Source: Barthelona sp. PCE (lineage: Eukaryota). Taken from it: 64,000 nucleotides of DNA. Positions within the stretch are counted from its first letter, which is position 1. The number at the start of each line of letters is the position of its first letter. Below are positions 30,152 through 39,324 of this stretch, one piece after another. Below the pieces are notes generated by a model, which made no database searches, was not told the origin of the DNA, and saw only the letters and a program-made list of their open reading frames with translations. The translations under genes and the position numbers were made by a program. The stretch covers positions 1,488,001 through 1,552,000 of the forward strand of contig JAUFOR010000008.1 in NCBI GenBank assembly GCA_040285745.1, written 5' to 3'.

Positions 30152-32230
30152 ATGCCACGCTGTATTAACAGGGAGATTGTTATTAAAGAAGATTTGGTTT
30201 ATACTCCGAACGGCAAGGATAGATTCAAAATTGAGAAAGTTGATAGAAAACCTATTAATCAAGCAACATTTCCTTTTGATGAAGACGGAATCCCATTAGC
30301 TATCGATATAAATAGCTGCCCAGTTGTCTATGAAAATGTGAAAAAGACTTTGGGCAAAGGTCATTATCATAGCTCTTTGAATAGATGTCTATTTGACACA
30401 AAAACCTTCTATATTGTGAAGAAAGAACGATTCTCCCCACGTGAAACAATTAATGTTATGTTTTTCGAGCAGGAAGGAGATGATATTGTTTTTACTGATA
30501 TGGAAAGTTTCGAGTATTCAGGATCAGAACGCATTAATTTTCATTTCCTGGACAGAAACACGACCATATCGAAGATGCCAAACGATTTTCTTATCATTAA
30601 CTGGATTGATGGAGTAATTCACAGCACAAAGTCTATTCACCGCTTAGACAACTTAAATCACTGCATCATCAACCGGTGTCTGCTGGTCCTCTGCGACGAA
30701 GCGCTAAGAGCCTATTCTATGGATGATCTAACACTCGATCAATTCACTGAAATTCCAATAGAGGAGAACGAGCACTTGGTTTGTTGGGTAGGTGAAACTA
30801 TCCATCCTAATGCGGCGTATCTGGTATCGTACCCGGAGCACGACATATGTCACTTGGGCATCATTTATTATACAGTTACTGAGGATAAGTGTAAGATTTT
30901 GTGGTTACATGAGCTTTTTCCACAAATTATGGATCTATCAAATGGGCTATGTAATATAAGGGTCTGGCACCTCTCCGTGGAACTATTGGAGCTGACCATG
31001 ACATTTCAAATACACAGCATGACGCTTTTATGCGTAATCAAGGAAGGTGAAATGAAAGAGTTTCAATTTCACTTTCCACAGACAGTAATCACTAACATAC
31101 CTCCTTTTTCACCTGAAATCAATCACCTGAGGTATCTTGAGGAGTGTTTCGGAACGCTTAATAACTCCATTTTGAAATACAACAAATTTTTTGTTCTGAA
31201 GGACCGTTGCCTAGAGTGCAGCAATTTTAATACTGATTTTATCTGTGCCTTCCCAAATTGCGCTGTTTTCAATTCTAAATTAGGGATTTTTGGATTCAAT
31301 TTTTATGAAAATATCGTCTTTTATGAGAAGAGATCATTCAACAAGTTTCATTACACAACTCGCTCTGTCAACAAGCTCAAGGATCACATCTCCGTGAGCA
31401 TGCGTTTTGGGTGTTTAAGTAGTGCTGGTGAGGATCAAATCATAGATCCAAGCACATTCAATTTGCAGGAAAATGAGTTCAACTCCATTCGATTAAAGTT
31501 ACCCCAATGTGTTAATTTGTTGCAAATGAAGGAAAAGGATTTGCTTTGGTATGCTGAACGATGGGATGATGATGATAATAATGAGATCATAAATATATTC
31601 ATCACCTCGTTGGAGACAGGTTGTACAGTCAAGATCATTGACATGCTATCGCAGGGCAGGCTCTCCCTTGTCCATTATGACGAGCGCAACATCATTCTGC
31701 GTCACCAGACCAGAACACAGCAGTATTGTCTCAACGATGAGGGTATTTGGGAATTGAAGCTTGAGGTTTTAGGAACTGCCCATTTCAATCCGTTTTTGAT
31801 GGATTTATCCATATCTGCAACGAAAGGGGGTCATGTGCATGTCCGTGATAGTACTCAAGACCTGTCTGTTCAAGCGAAAATTGGAAAATTCATTATGTTC
31901 CTCGCACCGCGCTTGGTGCTATTTGATGTTGGTATTTTCCGCATTACAAAGCGCTGCCGCCTCACGAAGCTGGTGGATTTCGACGGGTTCACTGTTGATG
32001 AGAGGAACTGTCACCTTTCTCATAATTCCGTGTCGATATGCGCTGTTTCTAATTATATAATCAATCGACACAGATATGAGTTCAACGACACTCACATTAT
32101 CGATACAGAGGTTGTGCAGCTTTCTCTCAGTGACTGGTTGCAACAAGCCGATATTGTCAAGGTGGACTTTTTTAGAGATATTGACGAAGAATCATGCAGT
32201 GATGACATCATTGAATTGACTGTTGAGTAA
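30152..32230 (+). CDS. Hypothetical beta-rich protein, 692 aa (lineage-specific family)
   Basis: Long ORF; shares the MPR start and a C-terminal LxxF/WLxxAxIV motif with the 35868-38033 ORF. Confidence 0.8.
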   Translation: MPRCINREIVIKEDLVYTPNGKDRFKIEKVDRKPINQATFPFDEDGIPLAIDINSCPVVYENVKKTLGKGHYHSSLNRCLFDTKTFYIVKKERFSPRETINVMFFEQEGDDIVFTDMESFEYSGSERINFHFLDRNTTISKMPNDFLIINWIDGVIHSTKSIHRLDNLNHCIINRCLLVLCDEALRAYSMDDLTLDQFTEIPIEENEHLVCWVGETIHPNAAYLVSYPEHDICHLGIIYYTVTEDKCKILWLHELFPQIMDLSNGLCNIRVWHLSVELLELTMTFQIHSMTLLCVIKEGEMKEFQFHFPQTVITNIPPFSPEINHLRYLEECFGTLNNSILKYNKFFVLKDRCLECSNFNTDFICAFPNCAVFNSKLGIFGFNFYENIVFYEKRSFNKFHYTTRSVNKLKDHISVSMRFGCLSSAGEDQIIDPSTFNLQENEFNSIRLKLPQCVNLLQMKEKDLLWYAERWDDDDNNEIINIFITSLETGCTVKIIDMLSQGRLSLVHYDERNIILRHQTRTQQYCLNDEGIWELKLEVLGTAHFNPFLMDLSISATKGGHVHVRDSTQDLSVQAKIGKFIMFLAPRLVLFDVGIFRITKRCRLTKLVDFDGFTVDERNCHLSHNSVSICAVSNYIINRHRYEFNDTHIIDTEVVQLSLSDWLQQADIVKVDFFRDIDEESCSDDIIELTVE

Positions 32231-32788
32231 ATTAATCAGATTATAAGGCGATACTCACATCATAAAGCACTACACGGTGCAAAACACAAAAACAAAGCAC
32301 CTTTTTACTATTTTTTCCGCTTCAAAAGGCCGTTCTTCGAGCACCTACCCTCCCTAGGTCCCCATATTTGATACTAAAACCACTCTAGCGGTTCACATCG
32401 TCGAAAAGCTTTTGGTGGGGTGTCCATTTGCTACGATTGTAGTAATGTCGCTACACAGAGGGATTGCCGGTATGCAATATTCAGTAGCATTTATTTTCAA
32501 GCAGTGCTTTTGAGTTATATACAGTACAGTAACTGTGTGTGCGTATATGATTAAGCTGTATAAATCAATTTAGGGGTTGTAAAATTTTTTGAAAAAAAAA
32601 TGTTAATTAGTAATTTTTAATCGATTTTGGGTCTCTACCGTTTGATCACAACACTATTTTCAGTATACTTAACCCCTAATTACGTGAGATGGGGGAGAAA
32701 ACTGACCGAAAATTGTGAATAACCAATACGATACTTGACACTTTGGCTCCAACATTTCCGTCTCAGAAGTCAAAATCGAGATATTGAG

Positions 32789-32861
32789 GCGCCTATAGCT
32801 CAGTTGGCAGAGCGTATGACTGAAGATCATAAGGTCCTAAGTTCAATTCTTGGTGGGCGCA
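32789..32861 (+). tRNA. tRNA-Phe (GAA)
   Basis: Cloverleaf: acceptor GCGCCTA/TGGGCGC, D arm GCTC..GAGC, anticodon stem TATGA/TCATA with loop CTGAAGA, T arm CTAAG-TTCAATT-CTTGG. No encoded CCA, no intron. Confidence 0.97.
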
Positions 32862-32866
32862 CCTCC

Positions 32867-32873
32867 TTTTTTT
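32867..32873 (+). terminator. RNA polymerase III oligo-T terminator
   Basis: T7 run starting 6 nt after the tRNA 3' end. Confidence 0.8.
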
Positions 32874-33051
32874 GTGGTTGTCATGCCTGTTTGCCTGCTT
32901 AACTTTGTTGGCTTTTTATCCATTTTCCGGTATCTGTTTCAGTCCAATTAGACACGCTTGCGAATAACACGCTATTTCGTAGAAGTAAATCTACCTGAGG
33001 ACGCGATCCTTCCTGAGTACTCCATTTCTTTCTCCCCTTTTCTTCAGTAAA

Positions 33052-33260
33052 CATGTTGAATGATGGAAGCATGTGGTTGACGGAACTCATGGGAGATTGA
33101 ATCTGTGAATAATGAATGTGCTGCGAAATACATCCCTTTCTTACATTCCGGATTTCTTTTTATTTGCTCGGGCAACAGGCAACGAAGAACTACGAAAAGC
33201 AATTAACAAGATGCCAGAAGAAAACAACGACATAACGAAGAGTTTAAATTTTTCAGATTT
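33052..33260 (+). mobile_element. 5' fragment of a related copy of the tyrosine-recombinase element
   Basis: 33052-33123 matches 33261-33332 (41 bp exact, 68/72 overall). A diverged leader follows, then an ORF start MPEENNDITKSLNFSDFM paralleling MSQTNIANNNEPKSLNFVEFM. Confidence 0.75.
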
Positions 33261-33401
33261 CATGTTGAATGATGGAAGCATGTGGTTGACGGAACTCATG
33301 GCAGAGTGAATCTGTGACTCATGAATGTGCTGTCCGAATTACGTCCTTTATCTTTAATTTTTAGTTCAAGAGCAACAGGTACTGAAGAACAACAAAGTAA
33401 C

Positions 33402-34493
33402 ATGAGTCAAACAAATATAGCAAACAATAACGAGCCAAAAAGTTTGAATTTTGTAGAGTTCATGGCAGCGAAGGACGTGCAATCCGTCACGAATGTAGTA
33501 TATTACACGGTCGGCTACGCAACGGCATGCTTTGACATTGACGAGAGGTTAGCAAGAATACCAAAATCTACCGATGAAGCGAATGCTATCTTGATGGCAT
33601 TAGTGGACACGGTGATCAGAGCGGCCACTGACAACACAACAGACTTAGATGAGCAACTTAAGTCACACTCTTTAAGAAAAATCGCAGATCGAATTTACAA
33701 CGGGCTGAGCGTGACAGGTGACCAGAAAGTGATGTTCGCGAAAACCAACATGAGATTTGTAATGAAGCACGATGGAATCGGAGTAGTGAATGACCCAATA
33801 GACGTGATCGATAACTTGATTGAGAGAGCGGGTAAGGGACAGACACAGGATGTCAAGATTAATACTACACTGAGAAGAAGACGTGAGGAAATCCCGACAA
33901 CCGCGAGATCCAGTGAGGGGCTGATGCAAATCGTCCAAGAGCTACAGAAGGATGAGGCAAGGATGTCTACCGGATATCCGTGCAACGAGGACCAAGTTAG
34001 ATGTATAATGGAGCAGGTCGCCAGGAGCGACAAACGTGAGCTACTCATATACTCACTAGGGAAGTTCGCAGCAACTCTGAGCGCCACAGCGGCCGTTGAG
34101 ACCGCTCACGAACTAGGATTGAACATGGAGAAAACCAACGAACTGATATGGGCCGCTGCCAACTTTGCACCAGAAGCAACAGCCTACAAAAAGGTAGTGT
34201 GGGAAGACGTACTTGCAGATGCAGCTTTTCACGCCGACTTGTATATCTCCCCGAAGCAGAAAGCTCCTGCGAGAGTGTACAACAACAAGAACCGTGGGAC
34301 GTACAAATCGAAGAAGAAGCGTAAGAAGATAAAAGCTGCATCTTCGAGGGATGATTGGGACAAAGTTCTCATATTCAATGACAGAGGTGGACTGCCGGCG
34401 CACGCGGAAGCTGATGCTATCATGCTCGACACTGTCCCAGACAGGTCAAAACTCAACGAGATGGTTGACGTGGCCCTGAATAAGATGCTATAA
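33402..34493 (+). CDS. Element ORF (putative Gag-like helical protein with basic tail, apparently fused to YR sequence)
   Basis: ATG at 33402; helical body, basic KSKKKRKKIK stretch; in frame with the HSLRSGG motif beyond its TAA. The Gag identity is inferred from position only. Confidence 0.5.
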   Translation: MSQTNIANNNEPKSLNFVEFMAAKDVQSVTNVVYYTVGYATACFDIDERLARIPKSTDEANAILMALVDTVIRAATDNTTDLDEQLKSHSLRKIADRIYNGLSVTGDQKVMFAKTNMRFVMKHDGIGVVNDPIDVIDNLIERAGKGQTQDVKINTTLRRRREEIPTTARSSEGLMQIVQELQKDEARMSTGYPCNEDQVRCIMEQVARSDKRELLIYSLGKFAATLSATAAVETAHELGLNMEKTNELIWAAANFAPEATAYKKVVWEDVLADAAFHADLYISPKQKAPARVYNNKNRGTYKSKKKRKKIKAASSRDDWDKVLIFNDRGGLPAHAEADAIMLDTVPDRSKLNEMVDVALNKML

Positions 34494-34726
34494 ACTCACG
34501 TTGAGAAAGAAGACGAGTTTACATTCACCCTACACTCGTTGAGATCGGGTGGTGTACTTCATGTTGAGAAAATCAGCAAAGATATGTCTTATTTCAAGAT
34601 GAAAGGTGGAGGAACGAAGCCACCTTCCAAGAATTCTGTAACCGATTACCTGCATTACGTGACAGACGAATCCAGACAGATGACATTTTGCTGAATAAGA
34701 CCGCGAGCTTCGTGGAATTCACTTAG
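34494..34726 (+). pseudogene. Degenerate tyrosine recombinase C-terminal catalytic region
   Basis: FTLHSLRSGG (HSLRSGG at 34533-34553), then in the -1 frame WRNEATFQEFCNR (W at 34607; Cys TGT 34637-34639 at the catalytic Tyr position); ends at TAG 34724-34726. Confidence 0.8.
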
Positions 34727-35138
34727 TGGGTGGGAACTCAATTACCCGACCTCAATCTTAGGAACTTATTCACGCCATTCAACTAGATATCTGTCAGTAA
34801 ACATGCATGGATCCGAGTGAACTCAGCCCCTGTGAAGTCAAAACTATGAGCAAAATCATTGGTTAATACTAAATAAAATTCTTGAAAAATAAAAAAATAA
34901 TCTTTCGTTCTTACATACATACTTAGCTAGTAACTGCACTCAATTTACCTTGTTCATTCACTATATTTAGGCTAGACTTCTGGTTTCAATATAATATCCC
35001 AAAAAACATGCAATAAATTTAACTAATTGTTAATGTGCTATTAAAAATTACATCATTTGTTAAATAAGAGCATCAATGTTCCATATGTGTAAAGCACGCA
35101 TGTGTATATTCATAAACACACCTTGGTATGTGTTTGTA

Positions 35139-35384
35139 TCACACATCCTCAAAATCGTTATATGCAAAACCAAAAGGAACTGGAGACTTGCGACTTTCAA
35201 CAAAATCCCCATACATTGTTTCTAGATTGATTGTATGAATGAATTCTTCGATTTCAGCTTTCTGCTCTGGGTTATCAGAGTCAAAAATGTTAAATGCAAG
35301 TTGTTGTGCTTGTGTAGAAAAATATTCAACAATTGAATTGTATAAGACAACTTTTTGGTCCATGTCGGACGGCTTTCTTGGCAT
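35139..35384 (-). CDS. Small hypothetical protein, 81 aa
   Basis: MPRKPSDMDQKVVLYNSIVEYF...; ATG after a pyrimidine-rich tract; protein-like composition. Confidence 0.45.
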   Translation of the reverse strand: MPRKPSDMDQKVVLYNSIVEYFSTQAQQLAFNIFDSDNPEQKAEIEEFIHTINLETMYGDFVESRKSPVPFGFAYNDFEDV

Positions 35385-35867
35385 AATAATAAAGCCCTTT
35401 TGAAAAGATAAAGAAGATAAATGGAAATGTGTGATAAATGGAGTGTGTTTTGACATATCAAAATGAGTTTATTATCTGACTAATATCTCTTTCACACGAT
35501 AGAAATGTCAGAAACTTATACAGTGGATATTTACACTTATAAATACACAGATTTCAATGTAGATGAGTTGTTTAAGATTAAAAGAATGAAAAGATTCCAA
35601 AACCAACAATAATGCAAGATTTTGAAGTATCTTGTATAAAGTTGGGTGTTTAACATCATCGATCCCGGGATAGGAGAGCCATTGTTCAACCTGATACCAC
35701 TTCAAAGACGCGTACAACTCGTTTTACCATGTGATCTAAGAAAGAAGTTTGAAGATCTTAGGCATTATGTTCTATATCAGAATGGTAATGTGTCGGTGGT
35801 TATATAATATAAATGGTCCTTAAATGGTCTTTTAGAGTGTTGCATTTGTGAAGCAAGCATGTCTAAA

Positions 35868-38033
35868 TCAATTTAAAGATTCATCATCATAACCCTCATA
35901 ATAATCGGGCATGTGGTACTCAACGATGGACGCCTCCGCCAGGAACGATGGAAGATGGAACGTTTCCACTGTGGGATTTATCGATTCCGGGTCTTCATCA
36001 ACGTTATATGTTATCAACACCATTGTCTTGGTCTCTTCTTCGTATGACATGTCTTGAACAACGTTGTTAGGCAGAGTTTGGTTGTGGAGATGATTTCTTA
36101 CAGATGGTAAGGTATCATTTGTGAAAAAACGCGTCTTAATTACACCGTCAACAATCTTTACCTTATATAAACCATTGCATACTTGAATGTACGAACCACC
36201 CACGAAATTTAAGAATCTGCCGCCCTCTATTTGCATATTTTCACTTTCATCATCATCACTTGATAACTGATACAGCAAAACGGGTTTCAAAAAGCTTCCT
36301 GTTGACCAGTCTAAACAGTGTAAATAATGCATCTGAGAATCTCCACTACACAAATAAGTGACAAAGAGCTGGTGGTTAATTTCAATTATTGGATTATGAT
36401 TGAAAAAAACTTGTAAAATTTCATCATTACAATCTGAGATAAAGTGCTTATCGAGCTTCACTCCATCATCATCAATCAAAAACTTGTAAAAATGTAATGA
36501 ATTGGTGCAATATATGCACACAGAGCCATCAACTGCAGCATAACAATCATTTACGTAATGATTATGTGGAATCTCTAAAATTTTTGAATTGCCCAGATAA
36601 CCATAGCAAGTACCGTCTTCTTCGTATTTGAGACAGAATGGCAACCCAAGAACCATGCATACAAAATCCAGATCCTCATCTTGATAATATTTTGTTACTG
36701 TGGGTTTTGTTTCTGTGTCCTCCCAGTGAATTTTAACGAGTTTAAGCCACTGTCCAGGATCGCAATTCTGTGCAAGCATATAAAAGTACTCTTCCTCAAC
36801 CGGATGAAAAGACAAAGTATTGTACATGCAATTTTTGCCAGTTCGATTCTTTATCATGACGATTTTCTTTTGTTTGAAGTAAAAGAAACACTGGCTGCTA
36901 TGATCAATATCTGAAAATTGTGCTACTCCATCGAAAAAAGAAATCGGAGACTGAAGATCACTCAAATGCATAATTTCACCACTAATATCTCTATACTTGA
37001 TAGGACCATATACTCCTGTACGACCGCAAACTCCATATAAAGTGCAGTATTCATCATGAAAAGAATTAGTTAAGTCAATATGCTTTGGTTCATCGCAGTG
37101 TGGATCGTAGCACCCCAAACTACCACTTGATGTCTTCAATTTCTCGTCTTCTATGTGAACAACGGTGCATAATAACCCGTCATAGAAGAGCGCTGAAAAT
37201 TCATCCTTGGTCAGTGTTAGTATGGCAAAACCAATAATAAATTCTGTTTTCAAGTCTAACTGTGGGAATCTTTCAATTAAGTCAAGACGGTTTCGTTGAC
37301 TATCGATTAAGATCATTTCTTTAAAGCCATCCTCATATTTTGAAAAGAGAACACAATTGGCATTGTAGCATCCAATACAGATATTCGGAATTGCCTCAAG
37401 CTGAACAATATCCGGTTCATGTGCCTCATCCATATCATCCGCTGAGAAATTGTAGTGATATAACGAAAAATCAAATTCATGTTTGCTCAGAATTATGAAT
37501 GAAGAAACTGTAGGAATGGAAAAATAATTATACTCTCCAAGGCATCTACACTGCCCAGTCATAATGTTTAGTATGTAACACAGCTGCAACTGACCGTTGA
37601 AATTGTTGGCTTCTATCTGGGTAATGGAGAATAAAATATGTTCTTCATCTATAGGAAACGTATCTCTGGATACAAATTGTTCTTGGTTGATCCCAAAAGG
37701 GAAAGGAATCTTTCTGTGTGTGTGTTCATCACTGTTAATTTCGTTGAAGAAGAGGATTTTGAACCCAGTTAAAATATTTTCGATTGAAAAATTTTGCTCA
37801 ACAATAATGTATCTTGTTCCAGCTTTTTGCTTATAATAATACTGAATAAATTTGCTATTTTCTTCGAGATAACCGCAAAAATCTTTGCCTTCTATGGTAC
37901 TTGCAATCAGACTTTTAATATCAAAATTATCTCTGGAATTGACTAGTGTAACACCTTTGCCCTTAAAAACAATTCTTCCCTCAGGATATGACTCAATAAC
38001 CAGGTCATCCTCAAATTTACGAACCCTAGGCAT
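35868..38033 (-). CDS. Hypothetical beta-rich acidic protein, ~721 aa (probable distant paralog of 30152-32230)
   Basis: ATG at 38033 (MPRVRKFEDD); C-terminal FHLPSFLAEASIV. Confidence 0.8.
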   Translation of the reverse strand: MPRVRKFEDDLVIESYPEGRIVFKGKGVTLVNSRDNFDIKSLIASTIEGKDFCGYLEENSKFIQYYYKQKAGTRYIIVEQNFSIENILTGFKILFFNEINSDEHTHRKIPFPFGINQEQFVSRDTFPIDEEHILFSITQIEANNFNGQLQLCYILNIMTGQCRCLGEYNYFSIPTVSSFIILSKHEFDFSLYHYNFSADDMDEAHEPDIVQLEAIPNICIGCYNANCVLFSKYEDGFKEMILIDSQRNRLDLIERFPQLDLKTEFIIGFAILTLTKDEFSALFYDGLLCTVVHIEDEKLKTSSGSLGCYDPHCDEPKHIDLTNSFHDEYCTLYGVCGRTGVYGPIKYRDISGEIMHLSDLQSPISFFDGVAQFSDIDHSSQCFFYFKQKKIVMIKNRTGKNCMYNTLSFHPVEEEYFYMLAQNCDPGQWLKLVKIHWEDTETKPTVTKYYQDEDLDFVCMVLGLPFCLKYEEDGTCYGYLGNSKILEIPHNHYVNDCYAAVDGSVCIYCTNSLHFYKFLIDDDGVKLDKHFISDCNDEILQVFFNHNPIIEINHQLFVTYLCSGDSQMHYLHCLDWSTGSFLKPVLLYQLSSDDDESENMQIEGGRFLNFVGGSYIQVCNGLYKVKIVDGVIKTRFFTNDTLPSVRNHLHNQTLPNNVVQDMSYEEETKTMVLITYNVDEDPESINPTVETFHLPSFLAEASIVEYHMPDYYEGYDDESLN

Positions 38034-38122
38034 TGATAAGGAAGGTGATAAACATATTAGCACGTTTTTCTCTTGTTCCAAATTTTTTATTCTCTTCCGT
38101 GGTTGTTATTAAATTTAACAGC

Positions 38123-38938
38123 ATGGTACGGGTATTTGAAAGTGAAGAAGGGCTTGCTTGTATTAAACGCTTCAATAGGGAGACTGAAATCATGAGTGAT
38201 GTTGTAATATCATCTGAACCCTTCAGCGGCATATTCTGGGAGTCAAAGGACGGTAGCACGGTGGCGACAGTGCATCCTACCTGTATCAACGTATTTTCTA
38301 TTCCGTCGTTACAGGAGATATATTCAGTGTCTGTTTCTTCTGCGGTTATTCATGGATGCATCAACGTTGATGGGCAGTTTCTTGCTTACCGCGAGGGAGA
38401 TCAGTATCACACACACAATATAGTCTCCAGGAGTTTGATCGCAAGTTTCGTTTGTGCTGATGGATTAACCTGCTGGGTTAATTCAGAAGCTGTTTTTATC
38501 AAGAAGAGAGATGACTGTGACAGAAATGTGATGAGGATGGTTAGGCATAGCGAAAACACGTCAATTGACGTGCCGGGTAGTTTTGCGGTCGAAGACGACG
38601 GGAGAATGTACGTATTGGACACTTCAGGGAGTGACGGGTTCATAAAGCTTGGTAGACACAACGATCTCACGGTGGAGGTATATAAAACAGGTCAGGATAT
38701 GTTTATTGCAGCTTGCGATGTATCACCACACTTTTTGTTGGTTAGTGACGGTGAAAGATTGTTGCTCTTTGATAGGATGGAGAGGAGGTTGTGCTTCGAA
38801 CGAGAAACTGAATGTGTCCAATTTGTACACATTACACCGGATGAAAAGTCTTTCTCTGTGGGTATGCAAACTGGAGTTGCTGAGGTTTTCAATGCTGCAG
38901 GCGAATGTCTCACTATTATACCAGCGTTTTATTCATGA
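38123..38938 (+). CDS. WD40/beta-propeller-like protein
   Basis: ATG at 38123; blade-like segments such as INVDGQFLAY and VHITPDEKSFSVGMQTGVAEVFN. Confidence 0.65.
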   Translation: MVRVFESEEGLACIKRFNRETEIMSDVVISSEPFSGIFWESKDGSTVATVHPTCINVFSIPSLQEIYSVSVSSAVIHGCINVDGQFLAYREGDQYHTHNIVSRSLIASFVCADGLTCWVNSEAVFIKKRDDCDRNVMRMVRHSENTSIDVPGSFAVEDDGRMYVLDTSGSDGFIKLGRHNDLTVEVYKTGQDMFIAACDVSPHFLLVSDGERLLLFDRMERRLCFERETECVQFVHITPDEKSFSVGMQTGVAEVFNAAGECLTIIPAFYS

Positions 38939-39324
38939 GAAGCTTGTGGAACAACCGTGCCAAATGAGCTTTTCGTTCAATAAATTCATTTGAGAATGGA
39001 GTAACCCAAAAAATGCGAATGGTTATGATTAGCTTGTGTAGAACCCACTTTTGTTACGTTTATTATGATTAGTCTCTTCATGGTTGATCTGATGTTTTAA
39101 TTAAAGGCTCAAAATTTGAGCCCTTCAGAACTCACCTATATAGCGTTATAGACATTATATTTTACAGTATCCATGTTTAAAATTATCAAGGAGCGAGGTC
39201 AAAATATTGTTACAGCAGAATTATCATCGAAAATAGCTGTATAAATAAAAATATCCTTTAACACAACTTTTTAAAGGTATTTATCAGTTTATATTTTTAT
39301 AATCTACAACAAAAACACTGAAAA

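Larger units (their letters stand above)
33261..34805 (+). mobile_element. Non-autonomous, internally deleted tyrosine-recombinase (DIRS-like) element
   Basis: Begins and ends with CATG; contains an A-rich ORF plus a degenerate YR C-terminus. The right end TCAGTAAACATG is also found at 33044-33055. Confidence 0.7.

Noticed and set aside
32570-32679. 9-bp inverted repeat TTAGGGGTT/AACCCCTAA (MITE or telomere-like)
   Set aside because: Too short, single copy, no target duplication.
33052-33332. CRISPR array or LTR pair
   Set aside because: Only two copies 209 bp apart; the intervening sequence is homologous to what follows copy 2; no cas genes, TG..CA ends or primer-binding site.
34491-34493. 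Programmed gag-pol-style readthrough at this TAA
   Set aside because: A downstream frameshift and the Tyr-to-Cys change indicate decay, so a nonsense mutation is simpler.
39106-39122. Palindrome GGCTCAAA-A-TTTGAGCC upstream of the ferredoxin-like gene
   Set aside because: Isolated; one such palindrome in 64 kb is compatible with chance.
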